Source: an uncultured bacterium
GTDB lineage: Bacteria > Abyssobacteria > SURF-5
DNA length: 17,197 nucleotides
Direction of reading: 5' to 3'
Assembly: GCA_964510165.1 (NCBI GenBank)
Contig: CAZEBC010000017.1
Coordinates: 8,180 to 25,376, forward strand
Shown here: piece after piece, positions 7,675-15,135 of the stretch
How positions within the stretch are numbered: position 1 is the stretch's first letter
Layout: the number at the start of each line of letters is the position of its first letter
The notes under the pieces: generated by a model
Databases searched by the model: none
What the model was told of the DNA's origin: nothing
Seen by the model: the letters and a program-made list of their open reading frames with translations, nothing else
Translations under genes and position numbers: made by a program

Positions 7675-8857
7675 CATCGAAGCCTTGCTATTGAGGCGAT
7701 TCTACGAGAGCTTTGGCACCAGGCCGGAGGTCATCGCATGGGCGCCGGGCCGTGTGAACATCATCGGCGAGCATACAGACTACAATGACGGCTACGTGCT
7801 GCCGATAGCGATCGACCGGCGCATCTATGCGGCGGTGTCTTCGTCCGGCGACGGCACGGTCAGGCTCCTCTCAGGCAACCTGAAGGGAGAAGTGGAGTTT
7901 GACTTGGGCTCCGTAAAGCCCTTGGGCGACTGGGGCGATTACCCGAAAGGGATCGTTTACAAGCTGAAACAGAGGCAATACCCGATCAAGGGGTTCAATG
8001 CCTATTTCCTCAGCAATCTTCCGATAGGGGCCGGCGTCAGCAGTTCCGCCGCCATTGAAGTAGTCGTATGCTACATGCTTCAGAGATTATTCGGATTCAC
8101 GATCCCACCGAAAGAAGCCGCTTTCTTGTGCCAACAGGCGGAGCACGAGTTCGCGGGCACTCGGTGCGGCATCATGGACCAGTTTGTCTCGGTGCTCGGT
8201 TTGTCGGGGAACTCCCTCTTCATCGACTGCCGCACCCTCGATTACAAACACATTCCTTTTTTGTTGGGAGAGTATGTTCTGGTCGCGACGGACTCCCGCG
8301 TCGAGCGCGGACTCGCAGGCTCCGAGTATAACCGCCGGAGAGCCGATTGTGAGCAGGGCGTCAGGATCATCGCCGAACGCTTCCCCTCCGTTCGCGCGCT
8401 CAGAGATGTCAGCCCCGACCAGTTGGCCGATTGTGCTCCGGCAATGTCGGAGCGGGTCCTCAAGAGATGCCGTCATGTGGTCACCGAAGACGCGAGAGTG
8501 CTCGAAGCCATCGAGGCGATGCGGCAGAACGATCCGGAACGACTCGGCAAGCTGATGGACCTTTCGCATGAAAGCCTCAGGGTGGACTACGAAGTCAGTT
8601 GCCCCCAGCTCGACCTGATAGTTGAAACTTCAAGACGGGTCGCTGGAGTGCTGGGAACAAGGCTCACCGGTGCAGGCTTTGGCGGCTCCGCGATTAGCCT
8701 GGTCCATCGCTCTTCTATCGATGCCTTCCAGAACGCTGTCTCTGAAGCCTATCTTCAAGAATTCGATATGGTTCCGAGATTCTTTGAGTGTGTAGCCTCT
8801 GACGGCGCCGAGCGAGCAAATCGGGGAGCGGCGCTTTGCGAGGACGATACGGAGTGA
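7667..8857 (+). CDS. galK: Galactokinase (GHMP kinase family)
   Basis: APGRVNIIGEHTDYNDGYVLP (galactokinase signature), PIGAGVSSSAA (ATP-binding loop), CGIMDQF, YNRRR, SHESLRVDYEVS, GTRLTGAGFGG; ATG at 7667 with GAGGA at 7651-7655; 396 aa. Confidence 0.95.
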   Translation: MDDIEALLLRRFYESFGTRPEVIAWAPGRVNIIGEHTDYNDGYVLPIAIDRRIYAAVSSSGDGTVRLLSGNLKGEVEFDLGSVKPLGDWGDYPKGIVYKLKQRQYPIKGFNAYFLSNLPIGAGVSSSAAIEVVVCYMLQRLFGFTIPPKEAAFLCQQAEHEFAGTRCGIMDQFVSVLGLSGNSLFIDCRTLDYKHIPFLLGEYVLVATDSRVERGLAGSEYNRRRADCEQGVRIIAERFPSVRALRDVSPDQLADCAPAMSERVLKRCRHVVTEDARVLEAIEAMRQNDPERLGKLMDLSHESLRVDYEVSCPQLDLIVETSRRVAGVLGTRLTGAGFGGSAISLVHRSSIDAFQNAVSEAYLQEFDMVPRFFECVASDGAERANRGAALCEDDTE

Positions 8858-9720
8858 CACGGACCGAGTGCAAACGGCCTCTAAGACGCCTGTTTCCCTT
8901 CTCACTCATCTTGTTGTTGATCGGGCTCCAGTTTGGCTGCGCGCGAAGGGCGCCTTTGCGCCCACCCGAGATCGCGCCCGGGAGGATCGAGACCGTCGAG
9001 GAGGCAGCCGAATCGTTACGGGCGCACTACGGCCGCATCCATTCGCTGAAGGCTGGCGGCACGGTTCAATACAGGCTCGTTAATGAAGAACATTGGAGGC
9101 CCGCCGATTTCCTGCTCTTCCTGGAGAAACCTGACAAACTGCGGATGCGCGCCTATAGGCCGCTTGTCTCCTCGCTCTTCGAGCTTGTTTCAAACGGGGA
9201 GCAGTGCTGGCTGTATTTTCCCTCGGACAAAACGGCCTATCGAAGCGAGTGCGACCCCGTTGGCGCTTCTGTCAATCCGGCCTTATCCGCAGAGGTCATC
9301 GTATCCGCGATTGTGGTGGTCTCGGATTTCGACAAATTTCTCTTGCTGCCTCTCTCGCTCAGCCGTGGGGATGAACTGGTGCGGCTGTCTCTCGACGAGG
9401 GAGACCTCTCGCGCGACTTATGGTTAGACCCGGCGACCGGGCTTGTCGCGAGGCAGCAGGTCCTGAGCAAAGAAGGCGCGCTCGTGGCGGATATCTTGTA
9501 CTTGGAGCATGCCGCTCTTAGCGAAGCGGTTATTCCCAGCCACTTGGAAATAGAACTTCCGCAGATGCGCTCCCTTATTCGATTGGTTATCGAGGAAGCT
9601 CAGCCGGACCCGGAAATCCCGCCCGACGCTTTTTCTCTGGCCGTGCCGCAAGACGTCCGAATTCTGGTCCCCGACATTCGGGAGTGGGATTCCCGTATCC
9701 CGACAGATTCCACAAACTGA
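8854..9720 (+). CDS. Putative lipoprotein, DUF4292 / LolA-like fold
   Basis: GTG at 8854 overlaps the galK stop (GTGA), with GAGGA at 8840-8844. Basic N-terminus, hydrophobic core and lipobox-like LQFG-C; EKPDKLRM...LVSNG...WLYFPSDKTAY, LWLDPATGL and IPPDAFSLAVP resemble LolA-fold/DUF4292 proteins. Start is uncertain (TTG at 8836 is possible). Confidence 0.65.
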   Translation: MTRTECKRPLRRLFPFSLILLLIGLQFGCARRAPLRPPEIAPGRIETVEEAAESLRAHYGRIHSLKAGGTVQYRLVNEEHWRPADFLLFLEKPDKLRMRAYRPLVSSLFELVSNGEQCWLYFPSDKTAYRSECDPVGASVNPALSAEVIVSAIVVVSDFDKFLLLPLSLSRGDELVRLSLDEGDLSRDLWLDPATGLVARQQVLSKEGALVADILYLEHAALSEAVIPSHLEIELPQMRSLIRLVIEEAQPDPEIPPDAFSLAVPQDVRILVPDIREWDSRIPTDSTN

Positions 9721-9749
9721 TTGCAGTTTGTACGTAGTTGGGCTATCAT
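9721..9749 (+). promoter_or_regulatory. Possible sigma70 promoter for the oxidoreductase at 9824
   Basis: TTGCAG (9721-9726), 17 nt, TATCAT (9744-9749) in a relatively AT-rich 103-nt spacer. Confidence 0.4.
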
Positions 9750-9823
9750 ACATGGGGACGATAATATCGGGGGACCTGCCGGAATCTTTCACGCAGGGAG
9801 ATAACAAGTGCGAGGTGAGAACA

Positions 9824-10981
9824 ATGAAGAAGCTGAGAGCGGGGGTGATCGGCGTCGAGCTTGCCGGCACGGCTCACGCAGAGGCAATCCGGCGCAGCGG
9901 CCTGGGCGAGATAGTGGCGATTTCCGGGCCGGTCGAAGACGATGTCCGTGAACGAGCAGCCAAACTGGGGATCGCCCGGGTCCACGATGATTACATGGAC
10001 CTCATAAAGGATCCGGATATTGACGTGGTACACAACTGCGCCCCCAATAACATGCATTTTCCCATAAACCGCGCGGCATTGGCGGCCAACAAACACGTGA
10101 TTTCCGAGAAGCCCATGGCGATGGATTCGCGCGAGGCGAGATTGCTGCTCAATGCCGCAGGCCGCAGCAACGCTGTCAGCGCCTTGATGCTCAACTATCG
10201 CCATTACCCGATCATGGAACTGGCCCGCTCCATGATCGCCTCCGGCAAGCTGGGCAAAATACTGGCGATTCATGGCAATTATCTTCAGGATCGGTTCCTG
10301 CACGAGACCGACTACGACTGGAGCGTGGACACCGCGCAAGGGGGCGCCTCCCGGGCGATGGCCGACCTCGGGATGCATTGGTGCGACTTGGTGCAGTTCC
10401 TCACCGGGCTTAAGATAACGGATGCCGTCGCCGATCTGCGCACGCTCATCCCGGTCCGAAAAAGAAGCGTAACCACGGTTGCCACGTTCGGCCGCGCGGT
10501 GACTCCGCGCCAGGTCAATGTACGAGTGGCCACCGATGACTATGGCTCTATCCTTCTCCATTTCAACAACGGGGTGTCCGGCGCCCTGACCGTCTCCCAG
10601 ATGAGCGCGGGACGCAAGAACCAGTTGTTCTTCCAGATTGACGGCTCCGAGATGTCCATGGCCTGGAACCAAGAGCAACCTGACGCTCTCTGGGTCGGAC
10701 ACCGCGATCAACCCAGCGAGGTGCTCGCTCAGGGGCCATCTGCGCCCAAGGATGAGGGCGGGCCCGTCGTTGAACTTCCGGCAGGTTATGGGGAAGCCTG
10801 GGCCAACTCGGTCACGAATTTCATGCGAACCGTCTACCAATATATACTGGACGGCAAGAAGCCCGGCCGGGATGTCTCGGACTTTGCAACGTTCGCCGAC
10901 GGATATCGAATGTCGGTCCTCGTAGACAAGCTCCTGACGAGCAATCGCCAGAGACGCTGGCTGAAGCTGAACCCGAAATGA
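9824..10981 (+). CDS. Gfo/Idh/MocA family oxidoreductase
   Basis: ATG at 9824 after GAGGTGAG; VHNCAPNNMH, HVISEKPMA, GNYLQD, SRAMADLGMHWCD, SQMSAGRKN, ATFADG; 385 aa. Confidence 0.93.
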   Translation: MKKLRAGVIGVELAGTAHAEAIRRSGLGEIVAISGPVEDDVRERAAKLGIARVHDDYMDLIKDPDIDVVHNCAPNNMHFPINRAALAANKHVISEKPMAMDSREARLLLNAAGRSNAVSALMLNYRHYPIMELARSMIASGKLGKILAIHGNYLQDRFLHETDYDWSVDTAQGGASRAMADLGMHWCDLVQFLTGLKITDAVADLRTLIPVRKRSVTTVATFGRAVTPRQVNVRVATDDYGSILLHFNNGVSGALTVSQMSAGRKNQLFFQIDGSEMSMAWNQEQPDALWVGHRDQPSEVLAQGPSAPKDEGGPVVELPAGYGEAWANSVTNFMRTVYQYILDGKKPGRDVSDFATFADGYRMSVLVDKLLTSNRQRRWLKLNPK

Positions 10982-11003
10982 GAAAACACTTTGGGAGGTC
11001 GGC

Positions 11004-11969
11004 ATGAAAATCGGGGTCTTTACTTCCTTGTTTATGGACCTTTCCGTCGATGAGATGCTTGACAAGGTGGTCGAATTGGGGATCGAGACGGTCGAAATCG
11101 GGACCGGCAACTACCCGGGGAATTTGCATTGCGATATCGATGAACTCATCTCCAACGAGAGAGCCCTCAGGGAGTACGAGCGAAAATTTGCAGAACGCAA
11201 CGTGCAGATAAGCGCGCTGAGCTGCCACGGCAATCCGCTGCATCCCGACAAGGAACTTGCCAGAGCTCATCACGTGACCTGGCGGAAAACCGTGCAGTTG
11301 GCCGAGAAGATGGGCGTGGAAGTTGTGGTCGGCCTTTCCGGCTGCCCGGGCGATTCGGAATCATCGAGATACCCCAACTGGGTGACATGCGCATGGCCCA
11401 CGGATTTTCAGGAAGTGCTCGAATGGCAATGGGACAAGGCGATATCCTATTGGAAGGAAGAGACGAAATTCGCGAAGACGCACGGCTTGAAAAAGATCGC
11501 CTTGGAGATGCATCCGGGCATGCTCGTCTATAATCCCGAGACGCTCCTGAAACTGCGAGAGGCGACAGGCGACAACATCGGCGTCAATTTCGACCCCAGC
11601 CACCTGTTCTGGCAGCGCATCGACCCCGTCGCCGCCATCCGGAAATTGGCTGGCATGGTTCACCACGTCCACGCCAAGGACACCTATATTGATGAGGTCA
11701 ACTGCTCGCTGAACGGCGTGCTCGAGACCAAACACCACGGACAAGTGGCTCAGCGTTCCTGGAATTTTCGGACCGTCGGTTACGGAAACGACTCTCAGGT
11801 CTGGAAGGATATCGTCAGCGCGCTTAGGACGGTCGGCTACGATTACGTCCTCAGCATCGAGCACGAGGATGTCCTTGCCTCGCCCGCCGAAGGATTGAGA
11901 AAAGCCGTCAAGTTTCTGCGAGAAGTCATATTCGCCGAAGAACCGCCCGGCGGCATGTGGTGGGCATAA
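11004..11969 (+). CDS. Sugar phosphate isomerase/epimerase family protein (xylose-isomerase-like / AP-endonuclease-2 TIM barrel)
   Basis: RBS GGAGG; SALSCHGNPLHP, candidate metal ligands in ALEMHPG, NFDPSHLFWQ, HVHAKD, WNFRTVGYG, LSIEHED; C-terminal MWWA. Confidence 0.92.
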   Translation: MKIGVFTSLFMDLSVDEMLDKVVELGIETVEIGTGNYPGNLHCDIDELISNERALREYERKFAERNVQISALSCHGNPLHPDKELARAHHVTWRKTVQLAEKMGVEVVVGLSGCPGDSESSRYPNWVTCAWPTDFQEVLEWQWDKAISYWKEETKFAKTHGLKKIALEMHPGMLVYNPETLLKLREATGDNIGVNFDPSHLFWQRIDPVAAIRKLAGMVHHVHAKDTYIDEVNCSLNGVLETKHHGQVAQRSWNFRTVGYGNDSQVWKDIVSALRTVGYDYVLSIEHEDVLASPAEGLRKAVKFLREVIFAEEPPGGMWWA

Positions 11970-11978
11970 GATTAGATT

Positions 11979-12001
11979 GGAGGGGCGCCCGGCGTGCGCC
12001 C
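11979..12001 (+). repeat. Degenerate GTAG-type REP-like palindrome
   Basis: GGAG-GGGCGC-CCGGCGT-GCGCCC, about 10 nt after the stop of the TIM-barrel gene. Confidence 0.55.
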
Positions 12002-12035
12002 GCATCCCAGCATCACAGAAGGGAACCCCCATTAC

Positions 12036-12674
12036 ATGAAAATGAATGAAGACACCTTCTTCGAACGCGATGACAAGATTGACGACATCTACTGGACAGA
12101 GCTCAAGGCGATGGACCCCGCCGACGTGTGCAGGCGCAGCCTCGCCGAGTTTCACGCGGACAAACAGGCATTCGGGCTGAAACTCCTCAGCGACGCTCTG
12201 CTCATCTATCCGGAAAAGAAGAGGGTCCAGCGCGTAAGCCGCCCCATCAACGAAAACGACCGCCCGCCGGGGTTCAACTCCGTCCTCGTTTCGGTTCACT
12301 ATCTGCTGCGCGCACAGGATGTCCCGATGGCTCGCGAGTATGTGGCCGAAACTCAATTGACTGACGGCAGCTTCTTCTTCAAGGGACCACATGCGCTGCC
12401 GAGTTGGAAGATCGAAAAACGATTCGCCAACGACTCTGCCGCGTTCCTTGAAAAGGGCAAGCTGCTTGGCGGGACGCCCCTGGATTACGGCGATGCGGCC
12501 ATTGAGTTCCTCGTGTTGCCCCGAATCCAGATCGCGTATGTGCTCTGGACCGCCGACGAGGAATTTCCGGCGCGCGCTCAGATTCTGTTCGACGCCACCG
12601 CTGACCGGCACTTCGCGCTTGACGTGGTGTGGGCGATGTGCAACCTCGTCACAAACAAACTGCTTGAGATATGA
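12036..12674 (+). CDS. DUF3786 domain-containing protein
   Basis: ATG at 12036 (or 12042) after GAAGGGA; motifs LVSVHYLL, DGSFFFKGPH, LGGTPLDYGD, LPRIQIAYVLWTADEEFPARAQILFD are characteristic of DUF3786. Confidence 0.85.
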   Translation: MKMNEDTFFERDDKIDDIYWTELKAMDPADVCRRSLAEFHADKQAFGLKLLSDALLIYPEKKRVQRVSRPINENDRPPGFNSVLVSVHYLLRAQDVPMAREYVAETQLTDGSFFFKGPHALPSWKIEKRFANDSAAFLEKGKLLGGTPLDYGDAAIEFLVLPRIQIAYVLWTADEEFPARAQILFDATADRHFALDVVWAMCNLVTNKLLEI

Positions 12675-12687
12675 CGAAAGGGCTGCA

Positions 12688-13554
12688 ATGAAACGGTCCG
12701 CAATAGACGCCTCCACCTGTCTGTGCGCGGTCATAGGCAACCCCGTGAAGCATTCTCTCTCACCCGCGATTCACAACGCCGCCTTCGAGGCGCTGAACTT
12801 GAATTATGTGTATGTCGCGTTCAGGGTCGAGGACGTGGGCGCGGCAGTTGCGGGCATGCGAGCGCTTGAGAATTTCGAGGGGCTGAGCGTTACGATTCCG
12901 CATAAGGTCGCCATCATGCGCCATCTGGACGAGATTGACAATGTAACAAGAGGCGTTGGCTCCGTCAACACGGTTGTGAAGCGGGATGGCAAACTCAAGG
13001 GAATCAGCAGCGATGGCCCGGGCGCGCTCAAGGCGCTGGCTGACTCCGGCGTTGATGTTTCGGGCCGCAAGGTCCTGCTGATGGGCTCGGGCGGGGCAGC
13101 CAGAGCCATAAGCTTCTCGCTTGCTACGGTGGACAGGCCACCCGAGATTTCGATCCTCGGCGTCATCCCCGACGAACTCGAAAGGCTCGGCGCAGACCTG
13201 AAGCAGAACACGACTGCCAAGATCACCGTCAGTCCTCTGGATGACCGGTCCCTCGAAGCACACGTCCCCGTTGCAGAGGTCATCATCCATTGCACGCCCG
13301 TGGGCATGCATCCGAAAGTCGACGAGACGCTGATTCGGCGGGAATTGCTAAGGCCGGACCACGTGGTGTTCGATATCGTGTACAATCCAAGAAAGACACG
13401 ACTACTCCGCGAGGCCGAGGCGGTCGGCTGCACGACGATTCCCGGCCTGGAGATGTTCGTGAATCAGGCGGTCGTCCAGTTTGAGCTATGGACCGGACAA
13501 CGGGCGCCCGTAGGCGTCATGCGGAACGTCGTCGAGGAACGCCTCGCCGGTTAA
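12688..13554 (+). CDS. aroE: Shikimate dehydrogenase
   Basis: VIGNPVKHSLSPAIHN, GLSVTIPHK (catalytic Lys), SVNTV, SSDG, GSGGAARA, CTPVGM, DIVYNP, GLEMFVNQA; adjacent to aroK; 288 aa from ATG at 12688. Confidence 0.93.
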   Translation: MKRSAIDASTCLCAVIGNPVKHSLSPAIHNAAFEALNLNYVYVAFRVEDVGAAVAGMRALENFEGLSVTIPHKVAIMRHLDEIDNVTRGVGSVNTVVKRDGKLKGISSDGPGALKALADSGVDVSGRKVLLMGSGGAARAISFSLATVDRPPEISILGVIPDELERLGADLKQNTTAKITVSPLDDRSLEAHVPVAEVIIHCTPVGMHPKVDETLIRRELLRPDHVVFDIVYNPRKTRLLREAEAVGCTTIPGLEMFVNQAVVQFELWTGQRAPVGVMRNVVEERLAG

Positions 13555-13567
13555 TTGGAGACGCCAT

Positions 13568-13589
13568 GCAGCGCAGGCATCTTGCCTGC
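13568..13589 (+). repeat. REP-like palindrome, second type
   Basis: GCAG-C-GCAGGCA-TCT-TGCCTGC: a 7-bp perfect stem preceded by a GTAG-like tetramer. Confidence 0.6.
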
Positions 13590-13595
13590 AAAATC

Positions 13596-13621
13596 GTAGG
13601 GGCGGCCCTATGTGGCCGCCC
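13596..13621 (+). repeat. GTAG-type REP, same family as the copies at 6475-6530
   Basis: GTAG-GGGCGGCC-CTATGT-GGCCGCCC, a perfect 8-bp stem, ending immediately before the aroK RBS. Confidence 0.85.
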
Positions 13622-13630
13622 GGGAGCGCC

Positions 13631-14146
13631 ATGAACATCGTTCTCATAGGATATCGCGGCGCCGGAAAAAGCACGATCGCCAGGAAACTCGCGGAGCGCC
13701 TTTCCATGCCGGTCGTCGCGATGGACGAGGAAATCGTCCGGCGCGCGGGGGCGTCCATCCCCGAGATAGTCGAGCGTCACGGATGGGACCATTTCCGGGA
13801 CCTCGAATCCGAGGTAGCCGCCGAACTCGGCTCGCGAGACGGCCTCATCATTGACGCGGGCGGCGGCGTCATCGTCAGAGAAGAGAACGTTGGAAACCTG
13901 AAGAAGAACGGCATCGTGTTCTGGCTCGTCGCCGATGAGCAGACAATCGTCGACCGGATCAAGGGAGATGACCAACGGCCTTCACTCAGCGGTGCCAAGA
14001 GCTTCCTTGACGAAGTATCCGAAGTCCTCGCCGAACGCACTCCGAAATACCGCGCCGCCGCCGACCATGCCATTGATACCGCCGTCACCTCAGTCGAAGA
14101 CGCGGTTGACCTCATCGCCGAGATTGTTTCGGAAAAAGCCGCCTAA
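13631..14146 (+). CDS. aroK: Shikimate kinase
   Basis: MNIVLIGYRGAGKST (Walker A), MDEEI, GWDHFRDLE, IIDAGGG, QRPSL, ERTPKY; RBS GGGAG at 13622-13626; 171 aa. Confidence 0.95.
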   Translation: MNIVLIGYRGAGKSTIARKLAERLSMPVVAMDEEIVRRAGASIPEIVERHGWDHFRDLESEVAAELGSRDGLIIDAGGGVIVREENVGNLKKNGIVFWLVADEQTIVDRIKGDDQRPSLSGAKSFLDEVSEVLAERTPKYRAAADHAIDTAVTSVEDAVDLIAEIVSEKAA

Positions 14147-14150
14147 TTGT

Positions 14151-14172
14151 GTAGGTGCGAATTCATTCGCAC
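14151..14172 (+). repeat. GTAG-type REP, third type
   Basis: GTAG-GTGCGAAT-TC-ATTCGCAC, a perfect 8-bp inverted repeat 4 nt after the aroK stop. Confidence 0.8.
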
Positions 14173-14204
14173 GTTTACAACCTAAAACTCCCGCTCTCTT
14201 GGTT

Positions 14205-14235
14205 CCCCCTTTTCCAAAGGGGGCGAGGGGGGATT
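14205..14235. repeat. Potential intrastrand triplex motif (hairpin plus mirror repeat) between convergent genes
   Basis: CCCCCTTT-TCC-AAAGGGGG-CGAG-GGGGGATT. Confidence 0.65.
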
Positions 14236-14250
14236 TGAAAGCCGGCCGCC

Positions 14251-15027
14251 CTACTTGAACACCTCCTCGAAAAACGCCTTCATCGCCTTCCATGAGCGCC
14301 GGTCGGCCTTCGCGTTATAGGCGGAACCATCGGACGTGTCCGCTCCCGCCGCAGGATTCGTGAAGCTGTGAACGGTATTGCCGTACGATACCATCTGCCA
14401 GTCCACGCCCGCCGCTCGCATCTCTTCCTTGAAGGCTGCCACTTCCTCGGCGGAAACATGCGGGTCATCGGCCCCGTGCAAAACCAGAACCTTTCCCTTG
14501 ATATTCTTTGCGTCCGCCGGATTCGGAGTGTTCAGGCTTCCATGAAAGCTGGCCGCGCCCGCGATGTCCGCCCCGCTTCGCGCAAGCTCCAGCGCGACTC
14601 CGCCGCCGAAGCAGTATCCGATCGCCGCGATGCGCGAATCATCGGAGAGCGGATGGTTCTTCAGTATGCCGAGGGCGGCGTTGGCTCTCGCGCGCATCAG
14701 TTGCCGGTTTCCGCGATAGATGCCCGCCTGTTTGCCAGCCTCTTCCCGTGTCTTCGGACGGATGCCCTTTCCATATATATCGCCGGCAAAGGCGATGTAC
14801 CCGAGCCTCGCCAGCTGTTCGGCGCGCCCCTTCTCGTAATCCCCCAGCCCCATCCACTCGTGAAACAGCAGCACCCCGGCTCTCTCACCGTCAAACGAGT
14901 CATCGTACGCCAGATAGCCTTCGAGCACCGCGTCGCCGTGCTTGTACTCGATGACCTCGGTGCGCAGTTCCGCCGACGCCCACGCAGGCCAAAGCAAGAT
15001 GAGAATAATCGAACACGCGATCTTCAT
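14251..15027 (-). CDS. Dienelactone hydrolase family protein (alpha/beta hydrolase) with signal peptide
   Basis: Signal peptide MKIACSIILILLWPAWASA; HEWMG, nucleophile motif GYCFGG, SFHG, HGADDP, VHSFT (Cys-Asp-His triad); strong RBS AAGGAGG upstream. Confidence 0.93.
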   Translation of the reverse strand: MKIACSIILILLWPAWASAELRTEVIEYKHGDAVLEGYLAYDDSFDGERAGVLLFHEWMGLGDYEKGRAEQLARLGYIAFAGDIYGKGIRPKTREEAGKQAGIYRGNRQLMRARANAALGILKNHPLSDDSRIAAIGYCFGGGVALELARSGADIAGAASFHGSLNTPNPADAKNIKGKVLVLHGADDPHVSAEEVAAFKEEMRAAGVDWQMVSYGNTVHSFTNPAAGADTSDGSAYNAKADRRSWKAMKAFFEEVFK

Positions 15028-15135
15028 GACAACCTCCTTTGCTCAATGTCGGTTGTCATTGTATGTCATAATTTGGCAGGTTCTGCAAGGGAAGGATGGA
15101 GCGGAATGTGTCAATGAAACGTACAGGCGGCGAAC

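Noticed and set aside
9746-11110. 454-aa ORF on the minus strand
   Set aside because: Antisense shadow of the oxidoreductase and TIM-barrel genes; no recognisable motifs; expected from GC-rich codon bias.
12391-12687. N-terminal extension of the aroE ORF
   Set aside because: Overlaps the DUF3786 gene in another frame; AroE similarity starts near 12688.
11361-12740. 459-aa ORF on the minus strand
   Set aside because: Lies antisense to three well-supported genes and has no protein-family signal.
14368-15117. 249-aa plus-strand ORF
   Set aside because: Antisense shadow of the dienelactone hydrolase gene.
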